Positions 18,974-28,821 of a stretch of 64,000 nt of DNA are shown here, piece by piece. Source of the DNA: a bacterium (GTDB taxonomy: Bacteria; Patescibacteriota; Microgenomatia; UBA1400; PJMF01). The position numbers and the translations under genes are program-made. Within the stretch, counting starts at the first letter, position 1; each line of letters starts with the position of its first letter. Under the pieces are notes generated by a model. It was not told where the DNA came from and made no database searches. It saw nothing but the letters and a program-made list of their open reading frames with translations. The stretch lies in the NCBI GenBank assembly GCA_017431625.1, contig JAFRKQ010000010.1, positions 17,503 through 81,502 of the forward strand. The letters are read 5' to 3'.

Positions 18974-20026
18974 ATGACACCGGCTTTGTATTTTGGTTTT
19001 CTCTTTCTGGCACTAGCGGTATCAATGGTTTTGATTGTGCCTTTTATTGGTTTGCTCTATAAACTCAATTTTAAGCGAGCCCGGCAAAAAACGATTGATC
19101 CTTTTGGCCGTCCTACCCCGATTTTTGATAAATTTCATGCTGGTAAGGCCGGGACACCAGTGGGTGGTGGTATTTTGGTGATTTTGGTAGTGAGTGTGCT
19201 GATGATTTTGGCGATGGCACTTATAAACGCCTTACAATTACCGATGACCTATAATTACACAAACAAAAATGCAGAAATCTTTGTCCTTCTATTTACGTTT
19301 TTGTCTTTTGGGGCTTTGGGGCTTTATGACGACGTGAAAAAATTTTTTGGCTTTGAAAAAACGGGTTTTTTTGGGATGCATATGCCACAAAAGTTGGCAA
19401 TTCAAGTTATTTTGAGTTTGATTATCGCTTGTACGATGTACTGGGCACTGGGGATTGATTTTATCAATATTCCCTTGATCGGGGAGATCCAGCTGGGGTG
19501 GCTGTATGTACCTTTCGCCGCTTTTGTCATTGTTTCGTTTACCAATGCCGTGAATATTACTGATGGCCTCGATGGTCTTGCTGGTGGGGTGATGCTCATT
19601 AGTCTTTTTGGTTTTTGGCTGATTTGCACTATGTCCTCTACGGTGGGGCTTGATGGGCCACTGTCACTTTTTATTACTCTTTTTATTGGCACTTTGATTG
19701 CTTTTGTTTATTTTAATGTGTACCCGGCACGGATATTTTTGGGGGACGTGGGGGCATTGTCTTTTGGCGCGATTTTAGCGGTGATGGGCTTGCTGGTCGG
19801 CAAGCCAGCTGCCCTGGTGGTTATGGGTGGGATTTTTGTGGTGGAGATTTTTACCTCACTAGTGCAGCTTTTGTCCAAAAAATTCCTTCATCGCAAGTTT
19901 TTTCCGGTGGCGCCACTACATTTATTCTTTCAAAAAATCGGCTGGCAAGAACCAAAAATTGTCCAACGTTTTTGGCTTTTGCAAATTGTCCTCACTCTTT
20001 TTGGCATTTGGCTAACTTTGTTCTAA
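18974..20026 (+). CDS. mraY: Phospho-N-acetylmuramoyl-pentapeptide transferase
   Basis: NAVNITDGLDGLAGG motif. Polytopic membrane protein. Confidence 0.9.
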   Translation: MTPALYFGFLFLALAVSMVLIVPFIGLLYKLNFKRARQKTIDPFGRPTPIFDKFHAGKAGTPVGGGILVILVVSVLMILAMALINALQLPMTYNYTNKNAEIFVLLFTFLSFGALGLYDDVKKFFGFEKTGFFGMHMPQKLAIQVILSLIIACTMYWALGIDFINIPLIGEIQLGWLYVPFAAFVIVSFTNAVNITDGLDGLAGGVMLISLFGFWLICTMSSTVGLDGPLSLFITLFIGTLIAFVYFNVYPARIFLGDVGALSFGAILAVMGLLVGKPAALVVMGGIFVVEIFTSLVQLLSKKFLHRKFFPVAPLHLFFQKIGWQEPKIVQRFWLLQIVLTLFGIWLTLF

Positions 20027-20057
20027 AAGCACACATTTTTGTGGTAAAATAAGTCTC

Positions 20058-21191
20058 ATGCGCAATCATGAGTCCCAATTATTACTACTGACTGCTGCCC
20101 TTTTGGTGGGGGTGGGAACACTCTTGGTTTTTGATGTCTCAGCACCGGCCTCGATTGAAATTATCCACTCTCATGACCCTTATTATGTCATTAAACATCA
20201 ACTTCTCACCGTGGTGTTTGGAGCAGTGGCTTTGTCGCTGGGAGTGTTAATCCCGATTGTCTGGTACCAGAAAATTCCGCGCTTGATTTACTTTGTTGGC
20301 CTGGGGGTGTTGCTGCTCCCGATTATTTTTCCTGATGCCAGTCATGGTGCCATGCGCTGGATCAGGATTTTTGGCTTTTCCTTTCAAACAAGTGAGCTAA
20401 CTAAATTTTGCCTAATAATTTTTTTTGCTCATTTGGTCCAAAAAACCCAAAATGAATGGATATTTTTGGCCTGGTTAATTCCCCCAATGCTCTTGATGAT
20501 GTGGCAGCGAGATTTAGGGACATTAGTAGTCATGGGCGCGAGTTGTTTGGCGATTTATTTCCTGGCGTCACCCTCGTGGACAAGTATTTTCAAGGTGGTC
20601 GGCCTAGTGCTACTCTCCTTTTTGGTATTGATTATGTCTGCCAGCTATAGACGAGAGCGGATTATGACATTTTTTCGCGGATTTATCAATAATAGTCAGA
20701 CACAAAACGAAAGTGTACGTGCAGCTATTGATGACTTTCACGTCCGTCGCTTGCGCTTAGCTATTGGTCGGGGCCAGGTCTTTGGTCAAGGTATTGGTCA
20801 GTCGCAACAAAAAACCCGTATCCCAGAGGTACACACCGACTCGATTTTTGCAATTTTTGCGGAAGAGACTGGCTTTTTGGGGGTAACGGTCTTGCTGGGA
20901 CTTTTTGGCTTTTTCCTCTTTTTACTCGCTCGCATTGCCAGTTTGGATGCTCTTGCTCGAGAACAACAACTGATTGCTTATGGTATCTTGGTCTGTTTTG
21001 CCACACAAATTATTATCAATCTGGGGGCTATTAGCGAATTACTGCCGCTGACCGGCATTACTTTGCCGTTTATCTCTTATGGCGGTTCCTCCTTGATCGC
21101 TTCGCTGTTTTTAACCGGGGTGGGGATCAATTTGGGCATGAGCGAGCCAGTGACGACCAGACAGAGCCTGACAAGGAGGCGGTATGCCTAG
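20058..21191 (+). CDS. ftsW: SEDS-family peptidoglycan glycosyltransferase FtsW/RodA
   Basis: GQGIGQSQQK..PEVHTDSIFAIFAEETGFLG. Leaderless: -10 TGTGGTAAAAT is 7 nt before the ATG. Confidence 0.85.
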   Translation: MRNHESQLLLLTAALLVGVGTLLVFDVSAPASIEIIHSHDPYYVIKHQLLTVVFGAVALSLGVLIPIVWYQKIPRLIYFVGLGVLLLPIIFPDASHGAMRWIRIFGFSFQTSELTKFCLIIFFAHLVQKTQNEWIFLAWLIPPMLLMMWQRDLGTLVVMGASCLAIYFLASPSWTSIFKVVGLVLLSFLVLIMSASYRRERIMTFFRGFINNSQTQNESVRAAIDDFHVRRLRLAIGRGQVFGQGIGQSQQKTRIPEVHTDSIFAIFAEETGFLGVTVLLGLFGFFLFLLARIASLDALAREQQLIAYGILVCFATQIIINLGAISELLPLTGITLPFISYGGSSLIASLFLTGVGINLGMSEPVTTRQSLTRRRYA

Positions 21192-22323
21192 ATTATTGAT
21201 CACTGGTGGACATTTGACGCCGGCGCTGGCTTTTATTGATTGGCTGCGCCATGAGCATCCGGATTGGTCGGTAGTTTTTGTGGGCCGTGAATACGCTCAA
21301 GTACAAACTAAGCAACCTTCTTGGGAGCGGGAGGAAATTAGCAAAAGAAGCTTGCAGTTTATTCCTTTTGAAGGGCAAAAAACAGGACATTTCAATCCTT
21401 TCACCTTTACTCAAACTGTCGGCCAAGCGGCGCGAATCTTGCGTGAACAAAAAGTCAACGTCGTTTTGAGTTTTGGCGGCTATTTGGCTGTTCCTTTTGC
21501 CATAGCGGCTCGCTATTATCACCTTGGCGTCGTCACTCACGAGCAAACTCGCGTCCTGGGTCGCAGCAATCGACTTTTATCGTTTTTGGCGGGCAAAACT
21601 GCTATTTCTTATCCAGACACTCAAGTTCCTTTTTATGTGGGCGTGACCACTCTCACCGGTAATCCCTTGCGCAGTCAACTTTTTGTCGCCAATAGTCCTC
21701 AACCCACCTGGTTTACACCGACACTGGCCCGCCCAGTGCTTTATATTTCTGGCGGTTCTCAGGGAGCGAAGGCACTCAATGAGTTAATTTTACCGATTTT
21801 AGCTCATCTCACTCAAGATTTTTTGGTGATTCACCAGGTGGGACGGCGCAGTAGTCTGCGTGATCCTTTAGGTGAAATCAATCAGTACATTGAGCAGCAT
21901 TATCCCAATTTAACCAATTATTTCCCACGAGAATTTCTCAGTGTAGTGGAGCTGGCCTATTTTTATCCCCGCATTAATATTGCTTTGGGTCGCAGCGGAG
22001 CCAATACGGTGGCGGAGTTGACCGCTTTTAAAATCCCAGCCCTCTATATCCCATTACCCCAAGCCAATTACGATGAACAGTATCTTAATGCCGCCGCCCT
22101 GGCCCAAAAAGGTGGGGCCATTGTGGCCCGACAAGAGGAGCTGACGCCAAGCCGAGTCCTTGAGCTGGTCCGCCAGCTGGAAAAGCAACAAGAGTCTATG
22201 AGTCAGGTTTTGGGCCAGCAGCCAACTAGTTTTGACGCCTGTGATAAGATTTTTGCCCTCCTGCTTGCAGTCCTAAACCCCACACCACCAGTCAAATCGT
22301 CTCCAAATGATTCTAGGGCGTAG
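21184..22323 (+). CDS. murG: Undecaprenyldiphospho-muramoylpentapeptide beta-N-acetylglucosaminyltransferase
   Basis: ITGGHLTPALA.., GGSQGAKALNE. AGGAGG RBS. Overlaps the ftsW 3' end. Confidence 0.85.
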   Translation: MPRLLITGGHLTPALAFIDWLRHEHPDWSVVFVGREYAQVQTKQPSWEREEISKRSLQFIPFEGQKTGHFNPFTFTQTVGQAARILREQKVNVVLSFGGYLAVPFAIAARYYHLGVVTHEQTRVLGRSNRLLSFLAGKTAISYPDTQVPFYVGVTTLTGNPLRSQLFVANSPQPTWFTPTLARPVLYISGGSQGAKALNELILPILAHLTQDFLVIHQVGRRSSLRDPLGEINQYIEQHYPNLTNYFPREFLSVVELAYFYPRINIALGRSGANTVAELTAFKIPALYIPLPQANYDEQYLNAAALAQKGGAIVARQEELTPSRVLELVRQLEKQQESMSQVLGQQPTSFDACDKIFALLLAVLNPTPPVKSSPNDSRA

Positions 22324-22351
22324 CGCATGATAAAATCATCCTCTCCAGGCT

Positions 22352-22392
22352 AAATTGCCACTTGACAAAAACGTAATAATATGATATAATAT
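22352..22392 (+). promoter_or_regulatory. Consensus promoter (TTGACA 22363-68, TATAAT 22385-90)
   Basis: aaATTGCCACTTGACAAAAacgtaataatatgaTATAAT. Followed by an about 85-nt noncoding segment containing CTTAAG and CTGACTGGAC. Confidence 0.6.
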
Positions 22393-22479
22393 GGGTCTTA
22401 AGAATTGGTATTAAGGCGTAAAGCCTGACTGGACAAAACTGAGCAGCAAAATTAACTAAATTATGGTACAATAGGGCGT

Positions 22480-24489
22480 ATGCAGAAATTGAGTTTAAAT
22501 CAAGCCAGTGATAAGTCTGTGGCCAAACCTGTCCGTTCCCAGGCAAAAAAGTCTGATTGGTCACTTCCATGGTGGGGCTGGGTTTTGTGTGTTTTGATGA
22601 GTTTAGTGATATTTGTTCTGACCGTGGCGGTGACTATTTATCTGAGTGTCAAAAGTAGTATTACCAAATTCCGCCTTCAAGCCACTGATACCTATATTAA
22701 AGCTCAAGCGGCCTATCAGGCCTTTAAGGATCAAGACCTAGAACTTACCCGCACTAGGCTCGCCGAGGCAAAAACCAGTCTGGACTATACCCAAAAACGT
22801 TTTGCTCGCTTGCAGTCACCACTGACAGTTTTGGGTTACAAACAATATTTTGCTGATGGTCAGGTGCTGATGGCGGCAGCCAGTGAAGGTTTGGATTTGG
22901 GCGATCACATCATTGAGATTGTGGAGCCAGCCGCGGAAATGTTGGGCTTTACTGATGACAAGCAGGAAGATGGCGATGGCACCACTGAAGATCGGGTCAA
23001 ACGTCTTTTGGATACACTCCAGATTATCGGACCGCAACTAGACGAGGTGATTACGGGCTTAGAGGGCATTAGTACCCATCTCAAGACTATCGACCCTCAA
23101 AACTATCCCGAAAAATTAGGCAAATTTTTCGGCGCCAAAATACTCCTCGGCTATCTCGGACGGCCAGAATTGGCTGATTTTGCCGTGCGTGAGCAAATTG
23201 CCAGTGGCCAACAGTCGCTGACAGATGCGATTGGCACGCTGAAGGAATATCGGCCGATTCTCGACAAGATCCCCCAAATGGCTGGTGGGACGGGCGAGAG
23301 AATGAAGTATCTAGTCATCTTTCAAAACAACAACGAACTGCGCCCCACCGGTGGTTTTTTGACCGCTTATGCCTTGATTTATATTGAAGATGGCAAGGTC
23401 ATGCCGGAAAAATCCGATGATATTTATGAGTTGGATAAGAAGTTTAAAAAGAAAATTACCATTCCGGAAAAACTGGGCAAATATCTCACCACTGAAAAAT
23501 ATTGGAACTTACGTGACATGAACATTGATCCGGATTTCTACCGCTCCATGACCACCTTCATTGAAAATTATGATCTGGTACCTGACGAACCACATGATAT
23601 TGATGGCATTATTACCATTGATACGATGGTTTTGACTGATTTGATAGATCTTTTGGGCCCGATACAAGTGGAGGGCTATGGTGAGTTTTCAACCGAGCCG
23701 GATGCTAAATATAATGCTCCACAAATTATTGTGGCTTTGTCGGAGATTATTACTCGTCCTACGCCTTACATTCGCGAAGATCGCAAGGGTATCCTCGGGC
23801 CGATGATGAAGGCAATGCTAGAGAAGGTTTATGGCGCCAGCAAGGATAAATTTCCTGGACTTTTTGCCACCATGCTCAAGCTGATTGATGGTCGGCATAT
23901 CCAGACCTATTTTATTGATAAGCAGCTTCAAGAGTCGGCGGAAATGATTAATTTGGCCGGACGGATGATTCCTCCCGATGATGGCAGCGACTTTATGGCC
24001 ATTGTGGATGCCAATCTAGGTGGTGCTAAGTCCAATCTTTTTATTGACTATGAAGTTGAGCAGACCATTCTCCCACCAGAAAACGGTATCCTCGAAAAGC
24101 GGGTGGTGATCACCTATACCAATTCTCAGGCTGGCGACAATTGTAATCTCGAGGCCGGTCTTTTATGTCTCAATTCGGTCAATAATGATTGGTTCCGCCT
24201 GTATTTGCCTGAGGGCGCCAAGCTTATTAGTGCTAAGGGCTTCAAGGGTGAGGCCGAGACTTACGATGAAAATGGCTTTACCGTGATTGATGGCTACTTT
24301 TCTCTCAATCCCAAGAGTACCACCAAAATCGATCTTGAGTACACTGTCCCATATGAGGATACTCAAGAGTATCGCCTCAAGATTTGGCAACAAGGTGGCT
24401 TGCGCGAGGTACCACATCTACTTGATGTTAATGACAACCAAGAACAGATCGTGGTTACTGGTGATACCAACTATAAAGCTAAGTTTTGA
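22480..24489 (+). CDS. DUF4012-domain membrane-anchored protein
   Basis: 669 aa. YLVIFQNNNELRPTGGFLTAYALIYIEDG is the DUF4012 signature. N-terminal TM. A second -10 (TACAAT 22467-72) sits 7 nt before the ATG. Confidence 0.65.
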   Translation: MQKLSLNQASDKSVAKPVRSQAKKSDWSLPWWGWVLCVLMSLVIFVLTVAVTIYLSVKSSITKFRLQATDTYIKAQAAYQAFKDQDLELTRTRLAEAKTSLDYTQKRFARLQSPLTVLGYKQYFADGQVLMAAASEGLDLGDHIIEIVEPAAEMLGFTDDKQEDGDGTTEDRVKRLLDTLQIIGPQLDEVITGLEGISTHLKTIDPQNYPEKLGKFFGAKILLGYLGRPELADFAVREQIASGQQSLTDAIGTLKEYRPILDKIPQMAGGTGERMKYLVIFQNNNELRPTGGFLTAYALIYIEDGKVMPEKSDDIYELDKKFKKKITIPEKLGKYLTTEKYWNLRDMNIDPDFYRSMTTFIENYDLVPDEPHDIDGIITIDTMVLTDLIDLLGPIQVEGYGEFSTEPDAKYNAPQIIVALSEIITRPTPYIREDRKGILGPMMKAMLEKVYGASKDKFPGLFATMLKLIDGRHIQTYFIDKQLQESAEMINLAGRMIPPDDGSDFMAIVDANLGGAKSNLFIDYEVEQTILPPENGILEKRVVITYTNSQAGDNCNLEAGLLCLNSVNNDWFRLYLPEGAKLISAKGFKGEAETYDENGFTVIDGYFSLNPKSTTKIDLEYTVPYEDTQEYRLKIWQQGGLREVPHLLDVNDNQEQIVVTGDTNYKAKF

Positions 24490-24491
24490 TC

Positions 24492-25232
24492 ATGCTAACA
24501 CTTTTATGGCAGACGGCCTTAACAGTTTTGAGTGTGATCGCGGCAGCTGTCGTTTATGCCTTGCCAGCGCGCGAGCAATTGCTTTTGCCAACGCTCGGAG
24601 TCTCGCTTTTGGGTTTTTTGCTGGCCAATCACGTCTTGAGACACCGACAAAAAAAGCTCTTGACCCAGGCGAGTCGTCATAATTTTTTGCCCACGCTGGA
24701 GGTGAGCTTGATTGCCTTTGCGCTACTACTGGCGATTGCTATTACTGGCGGTTACTCGAGCTGGCTGTTGCCGTTGTATTTAATCTATTTTTTGTTGCTC
24801 AATTTTGTTTGTCCGCTTTTTCCTACACTCACGAGTTTTGTTTGCACCCTGGTGTTTTTTTATCTCAGTACCCCTGATTTTGGCCGCGCTGACTATGGTA
24901 GCCTTTTGTCACTAATTGTCTTTGCGCCAATTGCCATTGCGCTCCAAAATATCTACGCTAAGCTGCTCTTGGAACAGCAAAATGCCAAGCTGGAGCGTGA
25001 AAAAGTCGCCTATTATAACCTCTATGCCGAAAAGCAACAGGCTCAGTTACTGGCCAGTGGGCAAGATCAAAGTCTGCGCGAGTTTGTGCAGGCCTTGGTG
25101 CCACAAATCGACGAACTCCAGAAAATGAGTCGTTTTAGCGAAAACCAGCTCATAATTTCGGCCACGCTCACCAAACTGGGTCTCTCAATCCGCCAAGCTC
25201 TCAAAAATGACGAACACAACCATCACGCCTAG
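24492..25232 (+). CDS. Hypothetical polytopic membrane protein with C-terminal coiled coil
   Basis: The track ORF starts at TTG 24486. First ATG at 24492. Confidence 0.5.
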   Translation: MLTLLWQTALTVLSVIAAAVVYALPAREQLLLPTLGVSLLGFLLANHVLRHRQKKLLTQASRHNFLPTLEVSLIAFALLLAIAITGGYSSWLLPLYLIYFLLLNFVCPLFPTLTSFVCTLVFFYLSTPDFGRADYGSLLSLIVFAPIAIALQNIYAKLLLEQQNAKLEREKVAYYNLYAEKQQAQLLASGQDQSLREFVQALVPQIDELQKMSRFSENQLIISATLTKLGLSIRQALKNDEHNHHA

Positions 25233-25340
25233 TCTAGCAGCGAATCAAGATTACTTGCGGTTATTATGCCAGAATAATTTTATTATTTCATAATTTGCGT
25301 GATTATTGCGGTAAATATGCGGTAATAATTAGCCAAGACA

Positions 25341-25703
25341 CTAGGTGCTAGCCAGCTCGAGTGTAGTCTGGTGATAACCGATATAGTCAATAAGTTTGGC
25401 TGGATCCAGTAATTCTCCAAGGTAGGTATAGCGATAACTCGTTCGGGCCGGTTGGTAAAATAGCACCAAGCAATTATCCTCATAAAGATAGAATTGCCCC
25501 GGAGTGATCTGTTCAGGTCGTCTAGCATCCGTGGGGAGTTTGACGCCTTCAAGCAGACAAAACTTTGCCAGCCGATCTTGATCGGCCAGCTCTAGTCGCC
25601 AGGGACAACCGCTTTTAAGCTTACGCGTCGTGGGATTGTCTTCAAAACGACCCAGGTATTCGTGTCCGCCCAGGCGGACTCGTAGATCAAAGGTTTGCAT
25701 GGG
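25341..25703 (-). CDS. Hypothetical protein (about 120 aa)
   Basis: The likely start is internal: Met MQTFDLRV.. at 25703, 7 nt after the minus -10 TGGTATAAT at 25712-25720 (leaderless). The track ORF is extended upstream to 25751. Confidence 0.45.
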   Translation of the reverse strand, partial: PMQTFDLRVRLGGHEYLGRFEDNPTTRKLKSGCPWRLELADQDRLAKFCLLEGVKLPTDARRPEQITPGQFYLYEDNCLVLFYQPARTSYRYTYLGELLDPAKLIDYIGYHQTTLELAST

Positions 25704-25835
25704 GTGTATTATACCACCAAAAAGTGTTTTTTGGCGTGTCAATCGGGACAATTGCTAAATACTTGAGAATTGGCATCATTTGCCTGTGTTTTTTGCCAAC
25801 ATTTGTGTTATAATACGAATTGTTCTTTATCTCAT

Positions 25836-25908
25836 GCCGCGCTAGTCAAGGTGGTCACGACACGTGTCTGAAAAACACGGGATCTTGGTTCGATTCCAAG
25901 GCTCGGCA
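25836..25908 (+). tRNA. tRNA-Phe: tRNA-Phe (anticodon GAA), atypical D-arm
   Basis: T-arm CTTGG-TTCGATT-CCAAG. Anticodon stem CGTGT/ACACG with loop CTGAAAA. Acceptor GCCGCGC/GCTCGGC (one mismatch). Only a 3-bp D-stem. Upstream -10 TGTTATAAT at 25806-25814. Confidence 0.55.
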
Positions 25909-25994
25909 CAAAATAATATTGATGTATCAATTTTTATTTCCCATCCAGAATATCCAGTGTCATTCTCATCGGCAGTAACTATATTTTTTGTTGC

Positions 25995-26034
25995 TTATTA
26001 TATCACAATATAAGTCTTTTGTCAAGAGGCAATT
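25995..26034 (-). promoter_or_regulatory. Consensus promoter, minus orientation, between the convergent tRNA-Phe (+) and pnp (-) 3' ends
   Basis: Reverse complement gacacAATTGCCTCTTGACAAAAgacttatattgTGATATAATaag. There is no downstream gene in that direction. Confidence 0.5.
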
Positions 26035-26115
26035 GTGTCTGAATAGTGAGACCAATGTCAGGCCCCATCGTGATTAACGATGGGGCCGGTTCTTTCAAAT
26101 CTGGTTTGGAGGACA

Positions 26116-28350
26116 TCAATACTTAAAATTCGGTCGACGGGGACGATTGTTGTTGGGGCGTTGTCGACCGCCTTTGAAAGGTGGACGCCGATTGCCACCA
26201 CCATTCTTATTACTCTTGGCCTCAGCCTCTTGTTCGGCGGTCAACATGGACATCTTGACCTTGCCGTCATCTTGAATGCCACTAATTCGGCAGTGGACAA
26301 TATCTCCCAAGGCAACTACCTTGTGAGGATCATCCAAGTAACCAGTGGTCATTGCTGAGACATGAATCAAACCTTCTTTCTTGTAGCCATACTCGACAAA
26401 GGCACCATAGCTCTCAATCCGGGTGACTTTAGCATCAAATTCATCACCAACGGCATCTTCCTTCATCATTGACTCAATCATAGCGCGCGCACGATCAATC
26501 GCTTCCTGATCTGGAGAGCTGATATTGACCTCGCCAATTTTTTTGTCTTCATTTTCTTCAATATCCACCTCAGCGCCAGATGCTTCAATAATCGCCTTGA
26601 TATTTTTACCACCAGGACCAATCAGCTCGCCAATGCGATCTGCCGGGATCACCAACTGAACAATTTTGGGCGCGTACTGGCTGATATGGTCACGTGGTTG
26701 GGGGATAACAGCCAACATCTTACTTAAGATAAACAGGCGACCCTCGCGGGCTTGAGCCAGGGCTTGAGTAAGAATTTCAATACTAATGCCCTTAATTTTG
26801 ATATCCATCTGCAGGGCAGTAATGCCTGTCTCGGTGCCAGCGACCTTAAAGTCCATATCGCCACAGTGATCCTCGACGTCTTTAATGTCTGAAAGCACTT
26901 GATAGCGCTCACCATCAGTGATCAAGCCCATAGCAATACCGGCTACTGGGCGTTTGATCGGAACACCGGCGGCCATAAGCGAGAGGGTACTACCACAAAC
27001 ACTGGCCTGAGAAGTTGAGCCATTGGAACTGAGAATTTCAGAGACGACATGAATGGTGTAGGGGAAGTCCTCCTGGGAAGGTAGGACTGGCACCAGCGCC
27101 CGCTCAGCCAAAGCTCCATGACCGATTTCACGACGTTTGGGCGCACCAATCCGACCCGCCTCACCAGAGGCATAGGGGGGCATCGAGTAGAAATGCATAT
27201 AATGGCGGATGTCCTCACCACCCATATCCTCGATCATTTGCCCCAAGGACGGTGAGCCAAGGGTGGTAATGGTAACGGCTTGAGTGGCACCACGTTTGAA
27301 CATCGCGGAGCCATGAGTGCGCGGGAAGAGATCGACCTCGCAAGTGATGGGGCGAATTTCCGTGGTCGCACGGCCATCAGAACGTACCCCTTCATCGAGG
27401 ATTTTTGCCCGAATATAGTCTTTTTGCATTTGATGCCAAACTTCCTTGACATCGTCAATGGTGTACTCCTTGGCAGCGACGGCCTCTAAAGCCACAATAG
27501 CCTCAAAATCGGCTTTAAGATCCACTGTCTCCAGACGAGCCTCTCGGGCAACAATGTCTGGTAAATCAAGCTTTTCACGCAAAATTGGCTCCAAAAGCGC
27601 CCGCTTGTCAGCAAAACCCTCCGTGCGATCCTCATAAGTGAGGAGCGGCTTTTTGAATTGCGCGGCAATTTGGTTGATTTGGACACAAATTTCGTGAAGC
27701 TCACTTTGAGCTGTCGCCAGTGCTCGCAACATCACGTCTTCGGGGATTTCATTGGCTCCAGCCTCCACCATGACAATTGAGTCTAGGCCACCAGAGACAA
27801 TCAAATCAAGGTCACTCAAGGCGCGCTCTTCCTCGGTGGGATTGATGACAAAACGGTCTTCATCCTTGATGTAACCTACACGAATTCCAGCGATCGGTCC
27901 ATCAAAAGGCACGCCACCAAGGGCCAGAGCAATGCCGGTCGCCAACATGCCGAGCATGTCGTCAGGATTGGATTTGTCATACGAAAAAACGGTGTTGACC
28001 ACTTGCACTTCACGGCGGAAACCCTCTGGGAAAAGCGGACGGATCGAGCGATCAATCACTCTCGACTTGAGAATACAAGCATCAGAAGGCCGCCCCTCAC
28101 GTTTCACCCAACGCGAGCCTTTGATAATTCCGCCAGCGTAGAGCTTTTCGATAAAATCAACTGATAGGGGGAAATAGCCCAGTTGTGATTCACCACCCAC
28201 AGCCAGGGTGCAATTAACTACGGTATCACCGCATTGGACCAAAACATCACTGCAAGTCTGTTCACCAAACTTACCAAGGTTGACGTGAACCAACTTATCG
28301 CCCACATGAATATCAGTATTAAACTGATGAGAAAAATCTGGATAATTCAT
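26116..28350 (-). CDS. pnp: Polyribonucleotide nucleotidyltransferase (PNPase)
   Basis: 744 aa. Two RNase PH domains, KH, S1 and an RGG-rich tail. Minus -10 TGTGGTATGAT at about 28497-28508 gives an about 150-nt leader. Confidence 0.9.
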   Translation of the reverse strand: MNYPDFSHQFNTDIHVGDKLVHVNLGKFGEQTCSDVLVQCGDTVVNCTLAVGGESQLGYFPLSVDFIEKLYAGGIIKGSRWVKREGRPSDACILKSRVIDRSIRPLFPEGFRREVQVVNTVFSYDKSNPDDMLGMLATGIALALGGVPFDGPIAGIRVGYIKDEDRFVINPTEEERALSDLDLIVSGGLDSIVMVEAGANEIPEDVMLRALATAQSELHEICVQINQIAAQFKKPLLTYEDRTEGFADKRALLEPILREKLDLPDIVAREARLETVDLKADFEAIVALEAVAAKEYTIDDVKEVWHQMQKDYIRAKILDEGVRSDGRATTEIRPITCEVDLFPRTHGSAMFKRGATQAVTITTLGSPSLGQMIEDMGGEDIRHYMHFYSMPPYASGEAGRIGAPKRREIGHGALAERALVPVLPSQEDFPYTIHVVSEILSSNGSTSQASVCGSTLSLMAAGVPIKRPVAGIAMGLITDGERYQVLSDIKDVEDHCGDMDFKVAGTETGITALQMDIKIKGISIEILTQALAQAREGRLFILSKMLAVIPQPRDHISQYAPKIVQLVIPADRIGELIGPGGKNIKAIIEASGAEVDIEENEDKKIGEVNISSPDQEAIDRARAMIESMMKEDAVGDEFDAKVTRIESYGAFVEYGYKKEGLIHVSAMTTGYLDDPHKVVALGDIVHCRISGIQDDGKVKMSMLTAEQEAEAKSNKNGGGNRRPPFKGGRQRPNNNRPRRPNFKY

Positions 28351-28597
28351 TATTATTCTTGAGTTTGAGTAATTTTTTTACTCACTCACCTTTCTAATTT
28401 TTGTCAGGTCAGTCTTAAAAGATTCAGTATGAAATCACGAATTCCTTCCTGACTTCATTAAAATCCTCAAGCCTCCTGACGTCTTCTTGTTAAACCCTCC
28501 TATCATACCACAAATGCGGCCAAAAAGCAAGTGTTGACAAAAAACATCTGGGAATTATAATGGAGGCCAAAATGCAAAAATAAAAAGAAAGGCGTTA

Positions 28598-28759
28598 ATG
28601 AGAAGATCAAGCGGAATGTCACCGGCAGTCGCATTGTTGATAGTAATAGCGATCGTGGGGGCACTTTTGTATTTTGTGTGGCATCTTTTTGGTAATGGCC
28701 CGGTAGGCGACGCTTTTTGTGGTGCAATCCAGATTTGTGAGCAAATCGGCCTGCGTTAG
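28598..28759 (+). CDS. Small hydrophobic protein (53 aa)
   Basis: Promoter TTGACAaaaaacatctgggaatTATAAT at 28534-28562. AAAGAAAGG precedes ATG 28598. Not in the ORF track. Confidence 0.3.
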   Translation: MRRSSGMSPAVALLIVIAIVGALLYFVWHLFGNGPVGDAFCGAIQICEQIGLR

Positions 28760-28821
28760 CTTGACAAAAACCAATTCTGTGATAAACTCACCCTAATTGC
28801 CGGTTAATTTAGAAAGAATGT

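Noticed and set aside
26724-28141. Short antisense/alternate-frame ORFs within pnp
   Set aside because: Inside a 744-aa PNPase gene with complete domain architecture.
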